Origin: Myxococcota bacterium | GTDB lineage: Bacteria > Myxococcota_A > UBA9042 > PHBI01 > JAWLBL01 | NCBI GenBank assembly: GCA_041687695.1 | Contig: JAWLBL010000017.1 | Coordinates: forward strand, 1-64,000 | Direction: 5' to 3' | DNA length: 64,000 nucleotides | In this document: in pieces, positions 9,540 through 19,562 of the stretch | Layout of the letters: each line of letters begins with the position of its first letter | Position numbering within the stretch: position 1 is the first letter of the stretch | Translations under genes and position numbers: made by a program | Notes under the pieces: model-generated | Told to the model about the DNA's origin: nothing | The model's input: only the letters and a program-made list of their open reading frames with translations | Databases searched by the model: none

Positions 9540-9609
9540 GTGCGGTGGGGCGGCGCCGGCGAGGGGCTTGTCCCTAGGGAGTGCGGTGGGGCGGCGCCGG
9601 CGAGGGGCT
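9540..9609. repeat. 29-bp direct repeat pair flanking the palindrome TCCCTAGGGA
   Basis: gtgcggtggggcggcgccggcgaggggct occurs at 9540-9568 and 9581-9609. Confidence 0.85.
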
Positions 9610-9653
9610 CGCTGCGGCATGCCGGTCCGGGTGTGACGAGTGGGTTGGTGGGC

Positions 9654-11765
9654 TCAGGTGGGCTCGGGCAGGGACAAGAGGACCTGCAGCCCCGAGGCGC
9701 GGGTGATGGTGCGGGAGAGGGTCAGCTCGAGCTGGTTCCCGGTGGCCAGGAAGGAGGCGCGATGTTTGGCGCGGGTGAGCGCGGTGTAGACGAGCTCGCG
9801 GGTGAGGATGGGCGACGGAGGTTGATCGGGATCGGGGAGGACCACGAGCGCCTCCCTGAACTCGGAGCCCTGGCTCTTGTGGACCGTCATGGCGAAGCAA
9901 GTGTCGTGCGGGGGCATGCGCGAGCGCGGCAGGTAGGCGAGGTCGGGGCCGTCGGCGAAGACGGCCTCGAGCTGCCCGTCGGCGCGGCGGACGACCACGC
10001 CGACATCGCCGTTCATGCGGCCCACGACGTAGCTGTTCTCGGTGACGATCACCGGCCGGCCGGCGTACCAGTCGCCCCTGGGGTCGAAGCGCCGGGAGGC
10101 GGGGGCGTCCGCGGTGGCCTGGGCCAGGGCGTCGGCCACGGCCCGGTTGAGCCCCGCCACGCCATAGGGGCCGCGGCGCAGCGCGCAGAGCACCCGGAAG
10201 GCGTCGAGCGCCCTGAGGACGTCGCGATGGTGGGCTCGCTCGGCGTCGCCGGTGGGCGGCGTTTGGCTGGTGGCGAGGTGGACGAGCGAAAGATACTGGC
10301 TCGCGGCGTGGGTGAGTGCTCGGCTGCGAGCCTCGGCGGTCGAGCCGGCGCTCGACGGCGAAAAGTGCGTGAAGGGCGCATAGCCGGCCTGAGGGGCCGC
10401 CGACAGCAACGTGGACAGCGCCAAGGGCACGTCGCCGCGGGCCAGGGCGTGGGCCACGTCGGCGATGGGGTTGGGGCGCTCGGCCTCGGGGAGCGCGCCG
10501 GCGGCGCCACCGCTGTAGCGATGGAACTTGACCAGGTGGGCGGCGCCGTCGGCCAGCGGCGCGTCGGTGGACGTGGTCGTGGGCAACGTCCCGGTGACGA
10601 CCGAGCCGAGCTGCTGGGCCACGGCCGGGCTGTATCCATCGGCCGCGCGGACGCTGGCGCGGAGATCGGCCAGCACCGAGCCCGCCTCGACGCTGGCGAG
10701 CTGGTCGGGGTCGCCGACCAGGATGAGGCGCGCGTCGTCGCGCACCGCCTCGATGAGCTTGGTCATCAGGGCCAGGTCGACCATCGAGCTCTCGTCGACG
10801 ATGACCACGTCCTGAGGCAGGCGACGGGCTGGGCCATGCCGGAAGCGGGACGGGTTGGCGGGGTTGAAGCCGAGCAGGCGGTGAAGGGTCGAGGCCTCGA
10901 GGTTCTTCATGGCCGACCGGCTGCGCTCGTCGAGGAGCTCGGAGGGCAGGGCGGCGAGCGCCTGGCCCAGCGACTCCTTCATGCGCACGGCGGCCTTGCC
11001 GGTCGGAGCGGCCAGGGCGATGTCGAGGCTGCGAGGGCTCCCCTGCACCTGGTGGAGCAGGGCGCCGAGCGTGCGCGCGACGGTGGTCGTCTTGCCCGTG
11101 CCGGGGCCGCCGGTGAGCAGGACCAGCGGCCGCAGGGCGGTCAGCGCGGCGGCGACCTGCTGCCAGTCGGGGGCTCCGTCGGCGCCGGCATTCGGGAAAA
11201 GGGCCGTCAGGGCCTGACGCAGGCGTTCCATGTCCACGGCGGCGCCGGCGAGCTGGGCGGCGCCCGTGGAGCGCGAGCGGCGGCGCAGGGCGGCGGCCAA
11301 CCGGGCCTGGTAGTCCCAGTAGCGGTGCGTGTACAGCAGGCGGCCGTCGAAGACGAAGGGCGTGCGGTCGGTCACCTCTGCGGGCCCGTCGGTCCGCGTC
11401 AGGAGGGGGGCACCGACGGCGACGACGCGATCGCGCCACGCGACGAGGTCCTCTGGCCATTCGAGCGGTTGCGGCGTCGCGGTGTCCTCGGCGACGCCCG
11501 CGTCGGCGTCGACTTCGGTCGCCGGGCTCGGGCGCTCGTCGCGGACGACGGTCTGGTCGAGGCGCTCGAGGGCGACGCCGACGTGTCCGGTCCGGGGTCC
11601 ACGGACCACGAACGCCAGGCCGAGCAGCACTTCCGGGTCTCGCACGCCAGCGCGGTCGGCCAGCGTGTCGACCACGTGCAGGTCCGTCAGGTCCAGCAGC
11701 CGGGCCTCGATGAAGCATTGGGCGCGGCTCGCGAGGTCGGCGTTGATGAGGGTGGGCGTCCTCAT
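9654..11765 (-). CDS. recD: Exodeoxyribonuclease V alpha subunit
   Basis: TGGPGTGKTT, APTGKAA, STLHRLLG, VDESSMVD, GDPDQLASVEAG, MTVHKSQGSEF and RELVYTALTRA. Confidence 0.95.
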   Translation of the reverse strand: MRTPTLINADLASRAQCFIEARLLDLTDLHVVDTLADRAGVRDPEVLLGLAFVVRGPRTGHVGVALERLDQTVVRDERPSPATEVDADAGVAEDTATPQPLEWPEDLVAWRDRVVAVGAPLLTRTDGPAEVTDRTPFVFDGRLLYTHRYWDYQARLAAALRRRSRSTGAAQLAGAAVDMERLRQALTALFPNAGADGAPDWQQVAAALTALRPLVLLTGGPGTGKTTTVARTLGALLHQVQGSPRSLDIALAAPTGKAAVRMKESLGQALAALPSELLDERSRSAMKNLEASTLHRLLGFNPANPSRFRHGPARRLPQDVVIVDESSMVDLALMTKLIEAVRDDARLILVGDPDQLASVEAGSVLADLRASVRAADGYSPAVAQQLGSVVTGTLPTTTSTDAPLADGAAHLVKFHRYSGGAAGALPEAERPNPIADVAHALARGDVPLALSTLLSAAPQAGYAPFTHFSPSSAGSTAEARSRALTHAASQYLSLVHLATSQTPPTGDAERAHHRDVLRALDAFRVLCALRRGPYGVAGLNRAVADALAQATADAPASRRFDPRGDWYAGRPVIVTENSYVVGRMNGDVGVVVRRADGQLEAVFADGPDLAYLPRSRMPPHDTCFAMTVHKSQGSEFREALVVLPDPDQPPSPILTRELVYTALTRAKHRASFLATGNQLELTLSRTITRASGLQVLLSLPEPT

Positions 11766-14700
11766 GGGGCGACCTCCAGGCGCTCGTCGGCGGCGCGGTC
11801 GAAGCAGTCGGAGAGGGCCGCGATCACCCGGGCGGGCGGGGCGTCGAAGAAGACGCCGAGGGGGCCAGCGCCGGGCGCCTCCGTGTCGCTCATGCCGCGG
11901 ATGAAAGCGTAGTAGGCGCCGCCGACGTGGGTGTCGTAGTCGTAATCGCGGATACGCGTGCGGAGATAACGGTGCAGGGCGACCAGATAGAAGTGGTACT
12001 GCAGGACGTAGTTGTGCCGCGCCATCTCGACTTCGAGGAAGTCGCGTCGGTAGTGGCCGGCGCGGGAGACGGCGCGAGCGCCGTCGGTGGGGCGCTGGCC
12101 GACGATGCGGTTGGTCTTGTAGTCGAGCACGTAGTAGCGGCCAACGCGGTCCCGGAAGACGAGATCGATGGAGCCGGTGAACCATCCGCGCATCGCGCCG
12201 AACCGCATCTCGTCCAAGCTGGCGAGGTAGCGCGACCAGAAGGGCGAAGGGTCGGCCCGCAGGTGCAGCGCGCGGCGGATCTCGTCGCCGTCGACCGTGC
12301 CGTACGCGCCGCCCGCGCGATGGGCGAGCGTGAAGTCGAACTGCAGCTCGTCGAGTCGCTCCGTCAGCGGCAGGTCGGCCAAGGCCAGGTCGCCGACCGG
12401 TCCGCCGAGCGGCGCGCGGAGGATGGACGGCAGCACGTCGGCCAACAGCTCGTGCTGCGCCGCGTCGGGGAAGCCGTTGCGGACACCCAGCGCGCCGATG
12501 AGCGCCAGGGCCTCGCGGCCCGCGGTCGGCGCGCCGGCGGCGTCCCAGGCGCGTTCACGCAGGGTGCCGTCGTGCGCCGGCCGGAAGTCGAGCTGTTCGA
12601 AGACGGCGTGGACCCAGGTGCCCGCCTCCTTGCCGCTGCGCAGCGTGTCGAGAGGGACGGGGTCCCCCTCGACAGGGCGGTCGGGCCACCGCCAGGCGTC
12701 GGTGAGGGCCGGCGCGTCGCCGTCGGTGTCCTTGGCGAGGGCGTCGGCGTCGGCGCCCACCTGGGGCGTCGGCTCGAGGGCGATGTCCTTGCCGCGGGTC
12801 AGGGCCGTGTAGGACAGGCGGCGCCAGGACAAGTCCAGGCCGTCGCGCTCGAAGACGCGGACCTCGTGCGTCGGCGAGGCGGCCGGGGTCGCGGGGCCTC
12901 TCCAGAGGACGGGCTGCCGTGGTGGCGGCTCGCAGTGAGCCAACGCGATGCGGCCTCGCGAAGTGGCGGCCAGTCGCTCCAGGTGATCGACGAGCGCCGC
13001 TCGTGCCGCGCTCACCGCGTCGGGATCCTTGCCGCCGAGGGCAGCTCTCACCGCGGCTTCCGCCCGCTCGCGGCGGGTAGGGGCGTCGCCCGGCGAGTCG
13101 CCGTGCAGCAGGTGGGCCAACGGCGAGCAGTCCGAGCCCGAGCCCCCTTTGCCGCCAGCCAGCCCCCAGTAGACGACGCATTGGTGGACCGCGCGAGTGA
13201 GGGCGACATACAGCAGCCGCAGGTTCTCCTCGTGCGCCTCACGCGCCGCGGCCTCGCGCAGGGCCATGCGTCGCGTGCTCTTGGTGTCCAGGCCCAGATC
13301 CAGCCGCACCGCGAAGCCGCCGTCGGCCAGGCGCTCGTGGTAGTGCAGCGGCGCGGTGCCATCGCGTCCCAGCCGGCTGCCGTCCCAGAAGAACGGCACG
13401 AACACGATGGGGTACTGCAGCCCCTTGGACTTGTGGACCGTCACGATACGGACCGCGTCGGCGTCGGTCTCGAGGCGAAGCTCGGCGCCCTCGCCGGCCT
13501 CCTCGCCCTTGTGGCGGCGTTCGCGCAGCCAGTGGAGCAGCCCCGCGGGAGAGAGCCGGTCCCGCAGCCAGGCTTGGTGCGCCAGCTCGGCCAGATGCCT
13601 GAGGTTGGTCAGGTGGCGTTCGCCGCCCTCCAGGGCCAGAAGGCGCGCCACGCCATCGCCACCGCCGTCGGTCTCGCGGTGCACGCGGTCCATCGGCGCC
13701 TCGGCGCCTTCGGCCGGCGCCTCGCAGCGCGGGTCGGCATCCGCCAGGGCGTGTTCCCAAGCGACGATGAAGCCGCGGGCCTCGAATCGCTCGCGCCAGC
13801 GGCGCACCTTGTCCATCCAGGCCGCCCAGCGGCGCTCGGCGGCGCCGTCGGTCTGCTGGCCGCCGTTGCTCGGCTGGCCGCCGGCGCTCCCACCGATCAT
13901 CTCGTCCGCCCGCCAGCCGAACAGCGGCGTCGCGGCCAACGCGCGGGCCGGGCCGTCCTTGCCGCGCTCGTCCAGGGCCGCCAGCCAGCGCTCGAGCCAG
14001 GTCGCCTCCTCGCTATCGTAGACACTCCCGGCCGAGGAGATGACGGCGGGGATGGCGCGATCGGTCAGCGCCCGGTGAAGCAGGCGAGCCTGTCGATTGG
14101 TGCGGACCAGGATGGCCACGTCGCCGGGTCCCGCCGGCCGGCGGCGGTCCTTGCCATCGCTCAGCGTCGGCGGCGCCTCGAGGAGATCGCGCACGTCGTT
14201 GGCCACGGTCTGGGTCAGCAGCCTCGTCGCCAGCCCCTTGCTCGGGGCCTTGTCGCGACCCGCCCAGTCACCGTCGAACCAGCGCAGCCCGAGCGGAGCG
14301 TCCAGTCCGGTCGGGGCGGCGGCGGGCCACTCGATGCGTTCGGGTTTGGCCGCGCCGACCTCGGGGAAGCCGATCGCGTCGTCGTCGACGAAGATCCCTT
14401 CGCGGTCCAGGTACAGCTGCCCGATCGCCTCGACGAGCGACGGGTCCGAGCGGTGATTGGTGTCCAGCGTGCAGCGGTCGGCGACCGAGTGGGCGGCGCC
14501 CCGGTACACGAAGATGTCCGCGCCGCGAAAGCCGTAGATGGCCTGCTTGGGATCCCCGATGAGGAACAGGTAGCGATCTCTTGCGAACACCGTTTCGAAG
14601 ATCGCCCACTGGACCGAGTCCGTGTCCTGGAACTCGTCGATGAGGGCCGCCTGGTAGGTCTCGCGCAGGGCGCGCGCGAGCTCGCCGTCGGCGCCGGTCG

Positions 14701-15823
14701 CGCGCAGGCGGTCGGCCACGCCCACCAGCAGGTCGTCGAAGGACATGGCGTTCTGGCGCGCCATGCGGGTTTGGAGCTGCTCGCGCGCATGGCGCGCGAA
14801 GTACAGCCGCATCGCCAGCGAGAGCCGCTGGGCCAGCAGTGGCAGCTCGACAAGCGCGTGCAGGACGGCCGGGATGGGCGGCAGCTGCTTGTTCTTGAGC
14901 GGGATCATGCGCTCGGGTGTGAGGCACTTCAGGTCGATGTCGCAGCCGATGGCCACGCCGGGTTCGGCCGTCAGCCAGGCGTCCACCTCGTCGATGCGCT
15001 TGTTCACTGTGGTTGGCCGGTAGCTTCTCTGGTCGAGGATCCGGCCTTCGGCGCAGCGAGCGAAGAACGCCTCGACCGCGTCGCGTCCCCCTCGGCGCCA
15101 GGCATCGGCGACCGGCCGGCTGGCCGCATCCCAGGCGGCCAGCACCTCGGGTCCGGACATGGGCGACACTGGCGCTTGCTCGCCGTCGTCGGCTTCGACC
15201 AACTCGGGCCCCAGCAGCGCGTCACGCGTGTGAGTGACGGCGCGCGCCAGCTTCAGCGCCTTGTCGCGATCGAGCCGGCACGTGTGAGCTACGAAACGCG
15301 CGAGGCGGACGTCCTGGTGGCGTTCGCGGCTGAGGAAGTCGTCGACGATCTCCTCGAGCAGGGCCGAGGTGTCCTCGAGGAGCGTCGCCTCGAGGCGAGC
15401 GCCGGCCTCGAAGGCGTGCTTGGCCAGCACGCGCTGGCAGAAGCCGTGGATGGTGAAGATCGAGGCGGCGTCGAAGCTCTCGGCCGCGACCCGCAGGCGG
15501 CGGGCGCGGCGGGTCCGCTCGTCGGGGGGGCAGTCCGCCAGCAACGCCAGGACCGCGTCTGTGCCGGGCTCTGGGCTCGGCGCGGTCAGCGCGTCCGAGA
15601 GGCGGCCCAGCTCGGCCCGGATGCGGGCGCGCAGCTCCGCCGTCGCCGCCTTGGTGAAGGTGACCACCAGGATGTCGGCGATGGGCAGGGCGGCCTCGGC
15701 GACCAGCCGCATCACGATGGCCGTGATGTTCCAGGTCTTTCCGGTGCCGGCGCTGGCCTCGAGCAGCACCGGACGGGGCGTCAGCGTACGGTCGATGCGC
15801 CAGGGGGCGAGTTGGTGGGTCAC
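11762..15823 (-). CDS. recB: Exodeoxyribonuclease V beta subunit
   Basis: EASAGTGKT, VTFTKAATAEL, DEFQDTD, IGDPKQAIYGFRGAD, TVHKSKGLQY, LLYVALTRA and nuclease motif GSIDL...LDYKTN. Confidence 0.95.
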   Translation of the reverse strand: MTHQLAPWRIDRTLTPRPVLLEASAGTGKTWNITAIVMRLVAEAALPIADILVVTFTKAATAELRARIRAELGRLSDALTAPSPEPGTDAVLALLADCPPDERTRRARRLRVAAESFDAASIFTIHGFCQRVLAKHAFEAGARLEATLLEDTSALLEEIVDDFLSRERHQDVRLARFVAHTCRLDRDKALKLARAVTHTRDALLGPELVEADDGEQAPVSPMSGPEVLAAWDAASRPVADAWRRGGRDAVEAFFARCAEGRILDQRSYRPTTVNKRIDEVDAWLTAEPGVAIGCDIDLKCLTPERMIPLKNKQLPPIPAVLHALVELPLLAQRLSLAMRLYFARHAREQLQTRMARQNAMSFDDLLVGVADRLRATGADGELARALRETYQAALIDEFQDTDSVQWAIFETVFARDRYLFLIGDPKQAIYGFRGADIFVYRGAAHSVADRCTLDTNHRSDPSLVEAIGQLYLDREGIFVDDDAIGFPEVGAAKPERIEWPAAAPTGLDAPLGLRWFDGDWAGRDKAPSKGLATRLLTQTVANDVRDLLEAPPTLSDGKDRRRPAGPGDVAILVRTNRQARLLHRALTDRAIPAVISSAGSVYDSEEATWLERWLAALDERGKDGPARALAATPLFGWRADEMIGGSAGGQPSNGGQQTDGAAERRWAAWMDKVRRWRERFEARGFIVAWEHALADADPRCEAPAEGAEAPMDRVHRETDGGGDGVARLLALEGGERHLTNLRHLAELAHQAWLRDRLSPAGLLHWLRERRHKGEEAGEGAELRLETDADAVRIVTVHKSKGLQYPIVFVPFFWDGSRLGRDGTAPLHYHERLADGGFAVRLDLGLDTKSTRRMALREAAAREAHEENLRLLYVALTRAVHQCVVYWGLAGGKGGSGSDCSPLAHLLHGDSPGDAPTRRERAEAAVRAALGGKDPDAVSAARAALVDHLERLAATSRGRIALAHCEPPPRQPVLWRGPATPAASPTHEVRVFERDGLDLSWRRLSYTALTRGKDIALEPTPQVGADADALAKDTDGDAPALTDAWRWPDRPVEGDPVPLDTLRSGKEAGTWVHAVFEQLDFRPAHDGTLRERAWDAAGAPTAGREALALIGALGVRNGFPDAAQHELLADVLPSILRAPLGGPVGDLALADLPLTERLDELQFDFTLAHRAGGAYGTVDGDEIRRALHLRADPSPFWSRYLASLDEMRFGAMRGWFTGSIDLVFRDRVGRYYVLDYKTNRIVGQRPTDGARAVSRAGHYRRDFLEVEMARHNYVLQYHFYLVALHRYLRTRIRDYDYDTHVGGAYYAFIRGMSDTEAPGAGPLGVFFDAPPARVIAALSDCFDRAADERLEVAP

Positions 15824-18800
15824 GCGGCACCTCCAGACTTGGCACTTCCGGCGCTCTTCGACGGGGCCGCCTCGGCCCTGGCACGCAGCATGGGAGTCCA
15901 GAGCCACTCGGCGAGGCGGGCGAAGCGCTCGGTCCGAGGGTCCGCTTGCGTCTCGAAGGGAGCGGTCAGCCCCCAGACCGCGGCGATGAACGGATCCTCG
16001 ACGTCCCCGGAGGCGGCATGATCGTGGTCCCCTGGCTCCCACGCTTCTATCGCGCCCTCGATGGCGCTGGCTCGCAACGCCTCGTCGGCGTCGTCCCAGG
16101 GACACTGCTCCTGGTACAGGCAAGTCGCGAGCGCTTGGGAGCTGGACATGAACAGAGGCAGCGGCTCGCACAGGCCGCGCGTGCGCTCCTCCAGCATCTG
16201 CGTCAGCAGCTCGCGCGCTGCGTCGGCGGCATCGGGGCCGCTCGGCGTCGGCAGTCGCAGCGCGAGCTCACACGCCCTGTCCCCGGCGTACCCGACCAGC
16301 CGAACGGTCAGAGGTTCGCCGGGCAGGCTGCACTGGGCGGCCAGCAGCAGCACCCACGCGCGGAGCAGGTGCTTGGGCCGGTCGATGTTGCTGGTCTGCA
16401 GGTAGAGCACGGTGTCGCCGCACACGTGATCGATCTGGCCGCGCAGCGTGACGCCGCCCAGTGGCAGCGAGACCTCGAGGGGCCGCGAGACGACCAGGTC
16501 GTCGCGGCACAGGTCGAGGATGGCTTCGACCTTGGCGCGTTGCTCTTCGAGAAAGTCGCCGGCGGCGGCGCCCAGCGGCAAGCGCCCCTCGGCTCGGAGG
16601 CGCCGGGCGGCTCTTTCCCAGGCCGCTCTCGGCTCGCGTCGCTCGAGCTCGGCGCGCACCCGCGTCTCCAGCAACGCGTTTCGGACGCTCCACGACGCGA
16701 GGTGGTCGAGCACGACGGGCTCGCGGTCCTGCAGCTCGTCGGTCCCGTCCCGCAGCCAGAGTTGCAGCCGCTCGCGCAACAGCTGGCGGGTCGGGTTCTC
16801 GAGGAAGCGCGTCAGCTCGTCCAGCGTCACCGAGGCCAGGTTGCCCTCGGGGGGGGGCAGCGTGCGTCCTCCGTCGAACAGCAGCGACCGGGGGCGGCGC
16901 TCGCCATCCATGGAGGCGCGGGCGGCGAGCAGGGCGCGGTCGAAGCTCCACGCGTGCCGCAGCCGCCCATCGACGGCGCCAGGTCGGAAGTTGGCGGTGC
17001 TGAAGGGCTGCAGCGGGTGGTGGACCAACAAGCGCCTGGACGGAGGAACGTTGTCCTCGCCCCAGACGAAGCGGGCGTCGATGGCCTCGAGCAGCTCGGC
17101 GACGGGGACCGCCGGGGGGATCTCTTCGGACGTGCGCACGTCGCGGCCCGAGTAGAGGACGAGGAAGTGATCACGCGCCGACAACAGCGCCTCGAGGAAC
17201 AGGTGACGGTCCTCGTCGCGGCCGTCGCGGTCGCCGGGGAGCGGACGTCGCGCGGTCAGGTCGAAGCTGGGGCGCTGTGGGCGGCGCGGGAAGGCGTCGT
17301 CGTCGAGGCCCAGCAAGCAGACCACCCGGAAGGGGACGCTTCGCATGGGTTGCAGGGCGCAAACCGTGACCGCGCCGGTGACCACCCGGTCGCCCTTGGC
17401 GGGATTGTCCATCTGCCCTTCGAGCAGCGCGCGCACGGCGGCGGCGGCGACCGGGCCGTCGTACAGCTCGCCCGAGCGCGTCAGGCCTTCGAGGACCTGC
17501 TGGACCTGCTGGGTCAGCCAGGCGGCCGCGTCCGACGGGGCGGTCACGGTCTCGATTGCGCGGGTCAGCTCGGTGGCCCACTCTGCCAGCGGGCGGGGGC
17601 GCCGCAGGCTCTTTCGGACCGCGAACAGGGTACGCAGCGCCTCGGCGAATCGGCCGAAGCGCCGCGCCCCGTCTCCTTCCATCGCGTCGACCGGCAGGAT
17701 GTCCTGCCACAGCGAGTCGCCGTCGTCGGCCATCACCACGCCGAGCGCCAGCCGGTCGAGGCCGAAGGCCAAGGTGTTGTGGCGATCGGCGGGCTGGTCG
17801 GCGGCCGCTCGCTCGGCCTCGTCCTCGGCCCACCGCATGCCCACGGTTCGGAGCCACTCACGAACCGCCTCGAGGTCCTCGGCGCCGAGGCCGAAGCGTC
17901 GCTGGACCGGGTCGATGGACAGCAGCTGGTCGACCGCGGTGACGGTCAGCCGCGCCTCGACCAGCTCGAGCAGCCGGATCAGCGCGTCGGCGACCGGGTT
18001 GAGGCGCCGCAGCCCGAGGTCGCTGATCTCGACCGGGATGGCAGGGGCTCCCGCCGTGCCCCAGGCCAGGTCGTCCCGGCGAGGCTCGCCGCCGCGCGTC
18101 CGGCGCCGCTCGGAACCGCGCGCGAAGGCCGCCTGGATGAGCGGCGCGTAGGTCTCGACGTCGGGCGTCATCACGACCACGTCGCGGGGCGACAGCGTGG
18201 GGTCGTCCTGGAACAGGTGCAGGAGGGCCTCGCGCAACGCATCGACCTGGCGGGCCGGCCCATAACACGCGTGCACGGAGACGGAGGTGTCGTCGGTCGA
18301 TGCGACGCGGCGCTCGGAGCCGGCGTGGGCGCGGTTTTCGACCAGGTCGTCCTGCAGTCGACGCAGCAGGCTCGGGCGAACGGGCGCGCCGGACGTCATC
18401 GAGAAGGCGTCGTGCTCGAAGGCCCCGTCGAGGCGGTCGAGCATCAGGATCTGCATCTCGCGCGACAGGCGCCCGAACGAGACGAGCAGCGGGTCGTGGG
18501 TCGCGGCCCCTTCGCGGACCTCCTCGTCGACCTCCTCGCGGGGCACGCGCTGCTCGACGACGCGCCTGGCCCAAGCCCTGCCGTCGCCGCGGGTGACGAG
18601 ATCGCCCAGGTAGTCGGCCGTGGCCGCCAGCATATAGAGGTGAACCGGAATCCGGCGGCCCAGGTCGGCCAGGATGCCGACGACGGCCGGGGCCAGCCGC
18701 GAGACCCCGAAGACGTGCAGGGCGTCGAGGGGCAGGGCCGACTCAGGCGCCGGGCGGCCCGCACGCAAGCCCGCGCGCAGCGCCTCGAGCCGCGCCGGGA

Positions 18801-19401
18801 AGTGGTGCTGGTCCAGGCGCTCCTCGAGAAGGCGCCACAGGTGCAGCTGCCACCCGCTGTCCTGCCAATCGGCGTCCGGCCGGCCCAGGAACCACTCGGG
18901 GCGCTCGTGGTGATAGCGGTCGAACAGATCGGCCACGGTCCGCGCGAACGCGAAACGCTGCTGGTCGACGACTCCGTCCGCCGCTGCGCCTCCAGCCTCG
19001 AGGGCCGACCACACCTCGTCCAGCTCGGGGGCGCCGGCGTGCGCGCGCAGCGCCTCCATCACGGCCCAGGTCAGCTGCTCGGGTTGCCATCGCTGGGCCA
19101 GGCGAGCGGCCTCGGGGTCGTGCAGCGTCCGCCCGAACCCTCGCTCGATGCGGGCCAACATGGGCGCGAGGAAGCGGCACGCGATGTTGGCCGAGATGTT
19201 CATGCGCTCGGCGATGGCGAGGCGCAGATAACGCTCCATGCCCCGGCTGCCCACCAGGATCTCGACCGGGCGCATGGGGTCGGCCGGAGGGGCCGCCCGC
19301 AGCTGCTCGGCCAGCGCGTCGGCCAGCGCTTCGACTCGGTTCGAGCGGTGAATCCAGACCCCCGGCATGACGGCCGAGGTCGGTTCGATGGATGGCGTCA
19401 T
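15820..19401 (-). CDS. recC: Exodeoxyribonuclease V gamma subunit
   Basis: SNRVEAL, DLFDRY, VHACYGPARQV, PRDVVVMTPD, PMRSVPFRVVCLLGL, DRHLFLEALLSAR and HPLQPF. GGAG RBS present. Confidence 0.95.
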   Translation of the reverse strand: MTPSIEPTSAVMPGVWIHRSNRVEALADALAEQLRAAPPADPMRPVEILVGSRGMERYLRLAIAERMNISANIACRFLAPMLARIERGFGRTLHDPEAARLAQRWQPEQLTWAVMEALRAHAGAPELDEVWSALEAGGAAADGVVDQQRFAFARTVADLFDRYHHERPEWFLGRPDADWQDSGWQLHLWRLLEERLDQHHFPARLEALRAGLRAGRPAPESALPLDALHVFGVSRLAPAVVGILADLGRRIPVHLYMLAATADYLGDLVTRGDGRAWARRVVEQRVPREEVDEEVREGAATHDPLLVSFGRLSREMQILMLDRLDGAFEHDAFSMTSGAPVRPSLLRRLQDDLVENRAHAGSERRVASTDDTSVSVHACYGPARQVDALREALLHLFQDDPTLSPRDVVVMTPDVETYAPLIQAAFARGSERRRTRGGEPRRDDLAWGTAGAPAIPVEISDLGLRRLNPVADALIRLLELVEARLTVTAVDQLLSIDPVQRRFGLGAEDLEAVREWLRTVGMRWAEDEAERAAADQPADRHNTLAFGLDRLALGVVMADDGDSLWQDILPVDAMEGDGARRFGRFAEALRTLFAVRKSLRRPRPLAEWATELTRAIETVTAPSDAAAWLTQQVQQVLEGLTRSGELYDGPVAAAAVRALLEGQMDNPAKGDRVVTGAVTVCALQPMRSVPFRVVCLLGLDDDAFPRRPQRPSFDLTARRPLPGDRDGRDEDRHLFLEALLSARDHFLVLYSGRDVRTSEEIPPAVPVAELLEAIDARFVWGEDNVPPSRRLLVHHPLQPFSTANFRPGAVDGRLRHAWSFDRALLAARASMDGERRPRSLLFDGGRTLPPPEGNLASVTLDELTRFLENPTRQLLRERLQLWLRDGTDELQDREPVVLDHLASWSVRNALLETRVRAELERREPRAAWERAARRLRAEGRLPLGAAAGDFLEEQRAKVEAILDLCRDDLVVSRPLEVSLPLGGVTLRGQIDHVCGDTVLYLQTSNIDRPKHLLRAWVLLLAAQCSLPGEPLTVRLVGYAGDRACELALRLPTPSGPDAADAARELLTQMLEERTRGLCEPLPLFMSSSQALATCLYQEQCPWDDADEALRASAIEGAIEAWEPGDHDHAASGDVEDPFIAAVWGLTAPFETQADPRTERFARLAEWLWTPMLRARAEAAPSKSAGSAKSGGAA

Positions 19402-19562
19402 GGCTGGACTCCCGCAGCAGGCGACCGCGCGGTACTACCACCTTCGCGACACGAGCGCCACCGGGCGCGTGACGGCCCTCGAAGGGGCCTGGTTGTCCGG
19501 GTCGCGGCGGTGGCGATGTTGAGATACTCCGGGGCGCGCGCGTCGGGGGGCGCCGGAGAGAG

